DNA of 64,000 nt from Tubulanus polymorphus (Eukaryota; Animalia; Nemertea): assembly GCF_964204645.1 (NCBI RefSeq), contig NC_134036.1, positions 186,001 to 250,000 on the forward strand, in the 5' to 3' direction. A program made the translations under genes and the position numbers. Within the stretch, counting starts at the first letter, position 1; each line of letters opens with the position of its first letter. This document shows positions 1 to 13,000 of the stretch, one piece after another. Below the pieces are notes generated by a model. It saw only the letters and a program-made list of their open reading frames with translations, was not told the DNA's origin and searched no databases.

Positions 1-142
1 TCCCACAAGATTCATATCAACGAGATTCCACTGAAACTAGAACAGAAAATCAGTAACAACCACCACAAAATTGGTGAATAATTGATAGATACATTTATTT
101 ATTAATTTCATTGAAAAATGTATCATGCATCAGAGTTAAATA

Positions 143-546
143 TCAAACTAAAGTCTTGCATAAAGTGAACATGTGATCAACGCCGCAATGAACTGACTGA
201 ACTAACCCAGGAACCGAAACCTGAAATCAGATTTACAATATCAGACATCAGATTTACAATATCAGACATCCGATTTATGACGCATCACTTTCACACATGT
301 TTCTGGTGCGTTATGTTATTACAGTACAGTAGAGTCTGTTCCTAACTCAACAACTCTATGCACCGTCGTGGAGAAATAAACTTGAAATTAAATTTCTTTC
401 CAAAATATGGAGTGAGTGATGTTTTAGGAGTGTTTTAAATCTAGAGAAATCGAGACTTACCTTAAACGGAAAGAATTGATCGTCCATGTTTCCTAAACCT
501 AAAGAGCCATGTTTATTTCTACCCCACACGTACAGATCATTGTTAT
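143..546 (-). pseudogene. RCC1L: RCC1-like G exchanging factor (RCC1L/WBSCR16) 3' fragment, copy 1: last two exons only
   Basis: Exons 546-461 (..NNDLYVWGRNKHGSLGLGNMDDQFFPFK) and 220-143 (VSVPGLVQSVHCGVDHMFTLCKTLV*) have ag/gt boundaries and an AATAAA at 99-94. The peptide matches the RCC1L C-terminus (VWGxN..G.LG.G..DQ.FP..V..PG....V.CGVDHM). No upstream RCC1L exons were found before PSME4, so functional status is uncertain. Confidence 0.75.
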
Positions 547-766
547 CTACAATATAATAACATTGCAAACATTGTAACATCATTCTAGACGCTAGGCTAG
601 GGATTGATAGAGGGAGGGAGCAGGGTTTATGTATAGAGGGAGCAGGGCCAGGGAGTTTCACAGACTAACTAGCATGTCTCCAGCCTCGATTGCCTACGTA
701 CCTATTGATAACTATTAAAATGAGACATCAATTTCTAGCAGTACTTCCATTAGTCACGACTCTACT

Positions 767-866
767 TGGTTCATCTTGGTTTATCTGGTTCATCCTGGTT
801 AATCTTGGTTTATCTGGGTTCGTCCTGGTTCATCTTGGTTTATCTGGGTTCGTCCTGGTTCATCTT
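767..866. repeat. ~30-bp tandem repeat (TTCATCTTGGTTTATCTGGGTTCGTCCTGG); shorter copy at ~4354-4410
   Basis: Tandem units are directly visible and mark the right end of the duplicated block. Confidence 0.9.
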
Positions 867-1080
867 GCACCATCTGCTCCACTGCATCAATGTCTGTAAC
901 GTTCAAATCAATTCTCTACTGATTGTAGGTAAAGGGGGAATCAGTGACCACCATAACATCCGTCAATAGTTCCACCATATTGATGACAAACATCCTAAAA
1001 AATATACATGAAACTTGATATATTTGAGTTAGAGTTAGAGTTAAGTCTAGTTACCGGTGTATCAGAGAAATGGCAATCTA

Positions 1081-1875
1081 AGGTACCCCCAAAATGAGGG
1101 TTAGGGGTCAAATATTTTTTGTCTCCAATTTCGATGAAATTTAGAATAGACATGTATCCTTGGGTACTGATCACAAATCTGAAAGAATTTTTAGGATCCG
1201 AGGCCCTAAAAATGAGAAATTCGAATTCTTAGGGGTACCCCCTAAATTTTCAAAAGGCCCTGGGCCCCAGAGTTTTCGAGATATTCGAAATCTGATTGCA
1301 GATTTGGAATCAGCACCCCTGAAAATAGTAAGGACTAAAATTTTAAGAAAATCGAAGAGATTCGATTTTTTGGCAAAAAACGACAAAAATCTAAGGTGTT
1401 AGTCCAGGGTTTTTTTTTGGGCGAAAAATTTTTTTTCTCTGATTCCATCGAAACTTGGTAGGAAGATGTATTCTGAAGTGTAGATTCCGGATCCGCAATC
1501 AGATTTTGAATCGGAATTCATCTTCATTGGCAAATAAGGGTTTTAATGCCCAAAATATGCACCCCAAAAATGGGGTACAAAGTCAATTTTTTTTTTTGGC
1601 CCAATGTTAACTAAATTTACTACAGACATGTTTTTTGGGGTGCTGATGACGAAAATGAAGTTAGTTTTTGGATCCAAGGCCCAAAAAATGAGAAATTCGA
1701 ATTTTTTGGGGGGGACCCCCTAGATTTACAAAAGGCCTTGGACCCCAGATCTTTCGAGATATTTAAAATCTGATTGCAGATTTGCAATCCGCATCCCTGA
1801 AAATAGTAAGGACTAAAATTTCAAGCAAATCGAAGAGATTCGATTTTTTCGCCAAAAATTCCAAAAATCTAAGAA
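1081..1875. mobile_element. Probable non-autonomous DNA transposon subterminal region with ~480-bp-period direct repeat
   Basis: 1081-1395 aligns with 1560-1875, for example TTCGAGATATT..AATCTGATTGCAGATTTG..CCCTGAAAATAGTAAGGACTAAAATTT. No coding capacity. Confidence 0.55.
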
Positions 1876-3686
1876 AATTAGTTTTTGGATTGAAGTGCCA
1901 AACAAGAGAAATCCAGGATTTTATGTTTTTAGCCCCTTCAAATTGACCTGTTGATGTCTTTTTTACAGCTGATATCAAATACTAAATCAATTTTTAGATA
2001 GAAATTGATCAATTAACTAAAAACCCATCAATTTTAGTAACTATCACGTGGTTTCAGACATCTACAAACATCTCTTTTCTCAAGAAGAAATTCAGTTATA
2101 ACCACGCACACAATTACTCAATGTATTAATGCTTGTATCTGTATCAAATACAATGAATGATGCTAATAATTCCTAGTCACATTTTGTAAATAAATTAATA
2201 TTCAATTGTTGATGATCTTATTGATTTGTGTTTAAAGTCATAATTCAGTCAGAAGAATTCGAGTCTAGCTCAGTCTCAGTTAGTGCACTATCGCAGTAAA
2301 TTTACCAGGATTAACTTTGTTTATAATTACAGGGGTTTTCAAAGATGTCACCAGTTGGAATTAAATAGATAATTTGTAATTTGGGTAGGCCTAGTTGTAT
2401 TTTACACAAATTACAATATTTATAAATGTGGGTATGTACTTATTTGTGACTGAATTGAATTGGTCACTTCAAGGCGATATTTGGATTTATTTTGAATAAT
2501 TCGGCGAAAATATTCACTGAAATCGATCTATTTACTCGACTTCTAGATAATATCGTTCATATTTCTTCTTTAAACGTCTAAATCGCTCCGAAATCAGCAT
2601 TTATAACGAATAAATTCGGTAAAAACGGCAAGAAATAAAACCGCGGAAGTTCCACATAATCTACGTGTCGCGCGTCTAGAAACCTCGCATACCTAGGCTA
2701 ATTAGACCGTATTGTGCTGCCCTCACTGACTGCGGAGATCGGGCGAACTAATTACCAAACGACATATAAATTACTTCGATCTGATTCTAACATTCTTTTA
2801 GTTTATTTTCAATCCCATTTCATATGAAATAAAAACAGTATAGAGATGTTAAACAAAATTTCACTCCGATATTACATTATACTGTACGGTGCTGCCACTA
2901 ATTCTGAGTTGGCGGCTACCTCGCATACCGATGTCGCCTAAGTGCAAGTTTACCGTACGGTGCTGCCCTCGCTCACAGCGGTGATTGGTAACACTATCTG
3001 AAAAGCAGTGATATAGCCTTTTTACCGTACGGTGCTGCCGCCATTATATCGACGGTGAACGGAAACACTATCAGCTTTTCCAGGCTTATTCTAATAAAAC
3101 TCGAAATGGTCTCATAAACTTCTCCAACTGTTCGATAATAGAATTAATGAATAAAATGAAGTTTTTTTCTAACGAATTCCACCTGAATTTTACCTTCTGC
3201 TCGCACCGCTTGGCATTCATAATAATTAATATATTATATTAATTAATCTTGTTCTAGTCACAAAGCAATGATATTACATTAGATATCTTTCAGCAATGCA
3301 TTCCTCATACAAAATACCAGGCTATAAATGATAAAACATGTCCAGATGGGGAAAAACTGAGGAAATTCATGTTTTAAATGATTTTCTTTTTAAACTTTAA
3401 AGGAAAACCTCAGTGTTGTAGCGAGGTGGTGAGGACACTTGTACCATTCATTGCTGATGATGTAAACAGTTCAAACCAAAGAGAAAATCTGTGAGACGAA
3501 ACAGATCTCATTTTCAAGTTTGACACAAAACAATTGAAGCAATTTTTGAATTATTGGATTCTAATTTCATCCCTCGTGAATCGGCGACAAAAACAAAACT
3601 TCGCAAAATGTGAAATAAGTTTTTTAATTGTTGAATTTTTCCTGATTCTTAACAATAAAAATTAGAAAATTAAATTGAGTTAAATA

Positions 3687-4088
3687 TCAAACTAAAGTCT
3701 TGCATAAAGCGAACATGTGATCAACTCCGCAATGAACTGACTGAACTAACCCAGGAATCGAAACCTGAAATCAGATTTACAATATCAGACATCAGATTTA
3801 CAATATCAGACATCAGATTTATGACGCATCACTTTCACACATGTTTCTGGTGCGTTATGTTATTACAGTACAGTAGAGTCTGTTCCTAACTCAACAACTC
3901 TGAACCGTCGTGGAGAAATAAACTTAAAATTAAATTTCTTTCCAAAATATGGAGTGAGTGATGTTTTAGGAGTGTTTTAAATCTAGAGAAATCGAGACTT
4001 ACCTTAAACGGAAAGAATTAATCGTCCATGTTTCCTAAACCTAATGCGCCATGTTTATTTCTATCCCACACGTACAGATCATTGCTAT
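3687..4088 (-). pseudogene. RCC1L: RCC1L 3' fragment, copy 2, with in-frame stop
   Basis: Near-identical duplicate of ~133-865 at ~3677-4410. Exons are 4088-4003 and 3764-3687. CAA has become TAA at 4020-4018, and the conserved VWG has become VWD. Confidence 0.85.
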
Positions 4089-7086
4089 CTACAATATAAT
4101 AACATTGTAAACAATGTAACATCATTCTAGACACTAAGCTAGGGATTGATAGAGAGAGGGAGCAGGGTTTATGTATAGAGGGGACCAGGGAGTTTCACAG
4201 AGTAAGTAGGCTTAAGAATAGAGATAGTGTGTCTCAGAAATCCCTATCCCTATGAACTAGCATGTCTCCAGCCTCGATTGCCTACGTACCTATTGATAAC
4301 TATTAAAATGAGACATCAATTTCTAGCATTACTTCCATTAGTCACGGCTCTTCTTGGTTCATCTTGGTTTATCTGGGTTCGTCCTGGTTCATCTTGGTTT
4401 ATCTGGGTTCGCAGCCGGAGTCTTCGAATAGCCGTAGGGGACGAACTAATTACCGATTTGCTCATCAAGATTTGTGAAACTACGCGCAACACGCGGCTCA
4501 GAACGGCCTGTAGTCAGTAACCTGACTGTGGTTTAGTTTCACGATCGGATATTTTCACATACCACATTGGTATAAGCTCATCCGATAATAAAAAGCTTAC
4601 CACCAACGATTAGGTAACTAACTAGTGTCCGACGAGTGACCGAGGCGGGAGAAAGTGGTTGAAGCTGACTAAAAGGTTATTGTCACTGTGGTCCCTGCTG
4701 TATCTGTGAGGGCACAAAATCTCATGAATTCTTATCTTTTTAACCAATATCAAAATTCGTACATTGAGAATCATTGCGGCTTTTAAGTCTTTATCAATTG
4801 GAGAGACTTAGTTCCACTGTAAATAAAGAATTAGCGATTGAATTGAGCGCGCTCCACCGTGCGCAATTTCCATATCGACCGTCTTGTGCTGCCCCTATGT
4901 ATAACGATAGCGGGGAAAACGTGAACTAACATAATACTCTGTTGCCAGAGTCTTTGAACGGTGGTAATGGACGAGCTAATTACCGATATGCGGGCCGGAT
5001 TCCGAGGAAAATTCTCAAAACCTTAAACTGCTCTGAAACAATTGAACCAAACAATTTTTCTATAAAAGAATTAACATTAAAACAGTAAATTTGAATCGGG
5101 ATATTTCTAGTATCGTCTGGCAGAGAATGACAGGTGTTTGTATGTTCTCCGCTTATTTGCACGCAACTAAAATAATATCGAAGGAAGATATGGAGATTTT
5201 GTTTATTCAGATGATAAATGATCATTCAAAAATGTAAATGAATAATTTATTCTGTATATAAATACTAATTAATTGATGTGAAGTGAATTTTAGCTTAAAA
5301 AAAATTGAATATCGTTACCTAAAAAGTAAGGAAATATCATTCAAAAATTATAACATATTCATGGTATCATATTTAATCAGAATTAGACGACACAGTTGTC
5401 CGTATTGTACGTAATAAGGAAATTTATATTCCGGCGGTAAATTGCGCCGCTATTTTAGTTCACAGAAATTCCGCTATCGTTATTCATAGGGGCAGGACTG
5501 TACGGTTGAGATCTAACAGAGCCATGCTATTCTACTGTGGCAAGTGAGGAATATTAATACTTTTTTTAGTCGAATTTCGTTATTTACTCAACACCATTTT
5601 GTTTTAAATGAATAATTGTATCAATATATAAGCTTCATTTAAGATGATTCGCTTTTAAAAACGATTTTTGAGGCATTTTTTATAGAACTATTTACTCAGC
5701 GAATGTATTGTTGTCCAGTAAAGCGGCATACTCACATGCCACAGGAACATTTTTCAGCAAATTAAATTTTATTCTTACAGATTTTAAGACTATTATGTAT
5801 ATTTAATCAATATTCTACATAAAACGGTAGTTTTAACTTCCCTCACACCTCACGGCGGAACCAATGAATTATGTCACTCCATAAGAAGACAAGTGATGTT
5901 CGTTTGGCATGATTATTTGACCAATACCTGATATCACCCTCAAATTTTCAGATAAACTTGTTAACTTTTTGGTGAAATTGAAACACAAATGAGAGCCTTA
6001 ACAATTTTTCAAAAATTTAGCGCTTAAGTAGACTTGCTAGAAACCGAGAAACTGCTGATAAGTTTAAACCCAGACATCAATTTGACAAAACTATTGTTTA
6101 CTTATTTCGGAAAATTTTAATTTTTTATTAATCATATCTTCATACACCCAAACTGTTAATATCAGTTAACCACACTCAAAATTAAATATAGACATAGGAC
6201 AAGGGGAGAGGGGGAGAAGGGGAGAGGAGGGGAGAGTTTAACATTTATAGTTTGGTGTTATAAGTCAATGAAATATCTAACCATTTGCACATGTTGCTCC
6301 ATTTGAAAAATATAACTAACAACTCAAATTTTCAAATCCTATTTGAAGGGAGTAAACATTCTTAGGGTGGTGTTATGAGTCAGTTATTTCTGAAAATAGA
6401 ATAAACAACTCAAATCTACAAATCCCATTTTCCCCATTCACAGCAAACTGTTTTTGATTATACAACATGTTTTAAATTAACACTCTGCGATTCTGCCTGT
6501 CACTTTACTACTTACTATTAAATTAGACAGACGCTTTCATTCATGTGACAGGATTCTAATCTTTCAAACGTAATCGATGTGTTTCAAACAATCACAAATC
6601 ACTAACGCCACTGATTACCGTAGTATTTACGTAGTTTCCTTATGTCATTTTTCAATCCCCCTGGATACCTCTCTTATCGGAACATGAGTGTCATAAACGT
6701 TCATTTCAACTATATTCACAGTACAAGTTTTCACTATGTTGTTGTGACTAAGGCAACCGATAGATGGGCGCAAGCAGCATCTCGCGCTCGTAGCCAAGTT
6801 TAATTTATAAACGTCACCAAAATAATTGCAATTAAAAAACCCCAGTTTTACCGACATAAATTATTTTCACATTTACATGAAGAGCTTAAGTCTGTATTGG
6901 TTTCAAAGCACATTTCAGTTTACGCCTTATTCTGAATTATTAATCAAAACACTTAATATCTAAAACAAATTTCAGCTCAGACCCTACTTAAGATGAATTC
7001 CATTCAATCAAGAAGGGGGCCCGGTCCTAATTACCATCATGAAAGACTTAATTCACAATAAATAATATATAGAATCTAATTGAGGG

Positions 7087-10000
7087 TTAAGCGTAGTAGT
7101 TCGGTGAAACTAGTAAATCAGTTAAAACACACAACTGATCATCGGTAAACTTCAGTTTATGATCGTGCCAACTATCCTGATGCGTGCGTCGAAAATCGCT
7201 GAGAGTTTTTTTGACGGTAAGTTGTATCGGTTGCGGATCCTGAATGTGTTCGCAGAGATCCATCAGAATCTGCGGCATGAATTCAGGAACATCGTAAGGA
7301 TACGCCTGTATGCACGCGCTTAAACCGAGTACGCCGGCGTGACGCGATATTAACGCCTCCGTCGGCAACGCGCGGATTTGTTTCTTTTTCAATTTACGAC
7401 CGCTCAGTTTTTCGAATCGCGTCTGCAACAAAAATAAAACGTTTTTTTTCACGATTTAATTTCAGACTAAATGTTTCACAAACTACTGACTGTCTACTGT
7501 TACTGTGAGATGCTATCACTGTCACTATTTAAAGCCACTTTTTTTTAAACTGCATTTCATAAACTACTTATTTAAATAACGATTCTTTTTACAAAACCAA
7601 CTGAGATATTTAAACTAAGATCAAAACAATTTTATAAACCCATCACCTAAAATAAATAAATACCTACCATTAATTCATCGTCCATTTTTAAATAACCGCA
7701 ATGTAGGAATCCGCCCAGCGTTGTAGCGGCCATTTCCCTCACCTGAAATAGACAGTATTTCAAAATCCAAATTTTCAAATTGTATTTCTAACAGACTCTG
7801 CCTGATTTTCATCCAATATTTAAGATAATCTAAATCAAGGCTGAAGGAAATTGATACCTTGTTTCTCATTTCTGCTATGTACCCTGTGGATTACTTCTTA
7901 AAAATCATGCTTAAGCTAACAATAACAGATCAAAAGTGACCCCGGCCGATTAGAAGAGACAAGGTATCATTGGCGATTTGGTTGGCGAAATATCTAATAA
8001 TTATTCCATGTAAAATTATACAAACCTCTAACTGCTCATCCCCTAACAGACTAAGAATGATGTCCCTGACAGAGTTAACAATATCAGCATTGGAGAAAAT
8101 GTACAAATTATAGAACACTAACAACTGCAGGAAACTGAGAACGCCTTCACGAGCTCGCCACGACGACATCTTAGTTACCTTAGAAACAATAATAATACAA
8201 CAATCATTACTGATGAGCACGTAATGATAACAATCAACTGCTTGAAATTATGGTTCCAGTTCAACTCTGATACTGACCTGCGAAATGACCTTCAGAATAC
8301 CGGGAAGGTCGTTAGAATCTACGATCATTTGAGCTAGGAATACTCCACAGACTAAACAATCTTTCTGTAAATCTAAATCCGGATTCAAATTCGATAAATC
8401 TTTGTTTCCCATCTGTTGACACAGTATCGTCAAGAATTGATAGATATCATCGATATCCGGAAATTTAAACGGACGAGTGAATGAACTCCTTAAAAACTTC
8501 ATAGCTGCAAATAAACACATAAATCAAATCAAACAATCTGTGGCAAGCGAGGATCCACCAGGTGGCGCTAGTATGTATAAAGGGATATCGGACTCCATAT
8601 CGGATTTAAACATACTTGTTTTCAGGATGCAAATCGCTGATTTCCGCTCGGAGTTAGCGTCGCCGTTAGATACCGCCGATTGTTGACCGTCGTCGTCCAT
8701 CGCCTGTTGTCCCGGCAACCCGTTGTCGTGGTGACCGTTATTACTACTGATCGGGAATTCTTTGAGCGATTCTATTTTTGGAAGAACGAATCGAATGAAC
8801 TGAGAATGATTCGGTGATTTTGATTCCCGATTCACTCCGCACCAGTCGTAGTCAAACATCAGAATCGTATTCAATACACTGCAAAAACAATAGAAACAAA
8901 CAAACGTTTTAAAACTCATACAAAATTCTTTAAAATTTCAATCAAAATGTTGTCTATAAACCTAATAATTATTGATGGCTTCCTACCACCATGACATCTT
9001 TGATAATGTTTTTTGGTAATTTTGAGTTTTTGGTTAATATTTTACAAGATTTTTAAAATCATTTTTTTTTTATCATGGGTTTAACATTTGTTTCTCGATG
9101 ATGTCATAGTGGTGTTTACGTAAGTGGCCATGTTCTCTACGTATTGGTAATTATGTAGGCGGCCATGTTTGTTCTCCACTGACCTTCCCATTCGTTCTCG
9201 CACGTTTTCGTACGGATGATTCAACAATGGCATCAGATACGCCAACAGACGACTACTCAACGTCGGTACGCGCCATTCCTGCTGACCTAGCGCCCCCTGT
9301 AGGACACATAGTCGACTAGCGTCGTTAAACGAGCCTCCGTCTCCGCTCAGCGGGTTATCCATCAACATCTCGAACAACGGACGCAATTTCCTCGGATCTC
9401 GACTTTCCTAGAAATTAAACATTTCATGAATTAGTTCGATATTTTTGAAAAAGATCGTAATTCGAATTGATTATATAGACGATAAGTTGGTAACTAACCG
9501 ATGCGGTTGCTAGGGCCGTTCCCCAGTCGCGTACGCTTTCAATCGACAGGTTCACTAACGTTCGTCTTAGCAACGGAATCAACCAATTCCACATTTCAGT
9601 GACCTGTTCAAAAACATGCAGTAAACATTCATTCAATCCAATGACAAATTCACCAACTGTATAAACATAAACATAATGTATCACAGTTTTAGAAAAATAT
9701 TTCACTCAAATTTTATGGTTTGATGGCAGTTTCTAAAGGAAATAGAGTTTAGGAAAGACCTACAGAAAACTTCACGTTTCCTAAAATAATAAGAATTCAA
9801 ACTTTAACAGTTTTATCATGAATGATAACTGTTTCAAACCTTGTTGTAAGTCCAGTGTTTGCAGCCTCTCATGAGGCCAGTGAGGACCTCAGCCGCGCAG
9901 CGTTGACTACTCTCATGCGTCGCCGGGGTAACGTCCTCGACTAATCGTTCTACATACGGCTTCAATAACGGTAGAATCACATCGCCATAGTTACGAAATA

Positions 10001-13000
10001 AACCCTACAATTATTAGTGAAATATGTACAGGATTGATATTATGAACAGCTCACTCTGAGACGAGTGGAGGCCAGGGTGAGTACAGGGATCAGTGACTTT
10101 ATATTCCTTTAGACCCCTTACAGCGACTGGTTAAGACTCAGAGTAAATGAGCAAAACCTTAAGTTGATGATTTTACAGTTAACTCTCATGACAGTTTAAA
10201 AGTTTGAGAGTTTTTTGTTTCTGTGATGATGAAGTTAAGTAAAAAACTTCATCAACTTTTCACATCAACAGAGGGAGTCATTCATTAACTATACAGTATT
10301 AACTTACCTTAAACAACATGTAATATTTAGTATGAAAACGATCTTTGCCTTTTGTTTCTTCGAGCGCCAGAAATTTCATCAGTTTCTCGATGAATTCAGG
10401 TTTCATCAACGAATCCAAAATGATTTTCTGAGCGTCTGTGAATTGTTGAATGTTCACTGGTTGTTCACTCGGAGGGACGTTACATTTCAGTTTCCTGAAA
10501 ACAACATAACAGATTAAATTTCTATGGATTGAACTTAACAAGTTTGGGAAGTCATTACACAAAATTCAGTCAAATCATAACCTAAAACAGATTATGTTTT
10601 TTTGTATATGACCGCTGACAATTTCAGAGATAACACTATTGATTTTGGGTAAATGTTTTTAGGATAATAAGAGATATTCTCGTTCAGGATAACTGATAAT
10701 TGCTGACTTTATCAGGTGTTTATACTTTCTTATTCAACTCAATTTAACATTATCTTATTGATTCTACATTTTAGATGTATCTTAGCTCATCAGGACAACT
10801 CCCCCCCCCCCGGACAATTGCCCCCTAACCCTAGCCCCAACTTCACAGAAACACCAACATTTCTAGAAAATAATCGAACTTTTATTCTAGATACTGATAT
10901 TTGTGTTGGATTGATGGTTTTATAAAAGAGCCTTCAAGGAATAAGGGATGCTGTATAACCTTTAGATAACAATAACTGGAACTCACTTGGGCCAGGTGTA
11001 GTAACCCCAGTGCGGCTTCTCAACGTAAACACATGATTCATACGTCTGCTCCGACTCGTAAACATTCTCCTCTTCTTTATAAAGATGCCATGCGTAATCG
11101 GCACGTTCACCGGGCTTCACCACGCCCCCAGGTGGCGCCATTCCGGATATTTCAAACGGGTCGACTTCTTTGACGCGCGACAAAACTTTCTGCGTTTTCA
11201 GAATCGCGACCAAAGCAGCGACCGAAATCTACAATTTATTTTTCATCGATCATCGCATTAATTCATCTATGTTTATTTAACTTTTAATTATCATAATTAA
11301 TCAATATCTAATTAACTTAATCATTAATTATCATAATAATTAATCGATGATTATAACTGATAAGTTCAGACGGTGGTATCGTTACCTTCCTGACGTTCAG
11401 AGCGTCGTGAACGAGACCCTCGGTAACCATAGCGACGAGATCAGCGGGTACAGGTACGTCCGGCCGGAGCAGTAACGCGGCGAGCTCCATAGATATCTGA
11501 GAAAATCTCCATTGTCTGAAATTAAGCGTCGAACGTCATGAAATCGAATGATTTTTAAAATGAGAAATATTTATATACGTTAAATACTTACAAATTTCCG
11601 TCTTTCACAAGTTTCACCAAATCATGAAGAACTTTCAGGTAAGATCTGAAAATTAGAAAACGGGGTGAAAACAATTTCCATGAACTTAAAATTATCATCT
11701 TTAATCAACAACGAAAACAGTTAACATTTTAATTCCACGATGTTGATGATTATTCAAAGTTTCTTTATCTGACATTTTCCAGATTTATCTAAATCCCAGG
11801 GTCCAGTTTCACAAAAAGGTTTAACTCTTAAATCGATTTAATTTCTTCATTAATTCAATTTATCTTAAATCGATTAAGGCCTTTATCCTTTTTGTGAAAC
11901 TGGGCCCTGATAAACTGAAAGAAAGGTTATCTTTGAAATAATGCCTTGACAAAACAGTGAAAACTGTGAAAATTGGATTTAGATAAATCTCAAAATAGTC
12001 AGATAAATAATTCGTTTTTTCTCAATGACGGAGAATAAATCAGTTTATCTGGTAATAGAGAATACAGTTGATTATAATCGACGTACGTGACATTTTTTTG
12101 ATTTCGTTCCTGTTCCATTTTGAGCCCGTGTTGAATCTGTTCCGGTGAAGCTTGCGGAGCGCTCGGTTCCGGTTTAGAATTCCACATCGCACGCGAAGCT
12201 TCAATACAATTCTCTGACGTCTATCAATATATATCAACAATTATCACAGTTATTTAGTACAGTTATTGTTAGTATCATTTTGATGAGCCATCTTTTTCTT
12301 GAGGCACTTCACAGAATAAACTGACGTACAATTAAGAAACAATAACACAATTTCGAATGAAATGAAATAAGACCAGTTTTCCATGTAAAACTTAGTACAA
12401 ATTGAGCACCTCCGGGTTAAAGGTTGAAATTGGCATAAAACAGTTAGGGTTTTTATGACAGGTCTGAGTAAGTGACATATCTAACACAGTTTGCAGGTAA
12501 AATGCTAGGCACCTTTTTTTAAATTTCAAAACAATGCTTATCACGTCGTCTAAAAAGATCAGTGTTAAGAACACATCTGGAACCATGCTGGCCTGTAGAG
12601 CAAAAGATAAAGCGGCATTCCACAAATTTAACTGATTAATAATGAAACTTACTGTGATATAAATAACTGGGTGATGAAGATCTTTATGAATGCGATCGAT
12701 AATACTCTCAATAATCGCAATAATCGAAGGTTTCTCCGAGTGTTGAGCCTTAACGATCGCCGGCCACAGCTGACCGACGACATCCCAGTTACGTTTCGTA
12801 GCCAGACATTTCTTCTTCTTACTCAGAACAACGTGAAGGGCGCCCTGAAATCAGACATCCGGCGCATACAGTGATATCAATAAATCTATCCAATCCTAAG
12901 TTTCTTAAATTTATAGAGAAGTTTTAATCTTAAGATTTGTTTCTTGAATTTATAGAGAAGTTTTCAAGGTTGAGCGTGAACCCGGAAAATAAATAACTTA

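Noticed and set aside
4545-4590. SECIS or hammerhead-like motif on the - strand (AUGA..AA..GA)
   Set aside because: Helix spacing is too short for a SECIS, and the core reads CGGAUGA rather than CUGAUGA.
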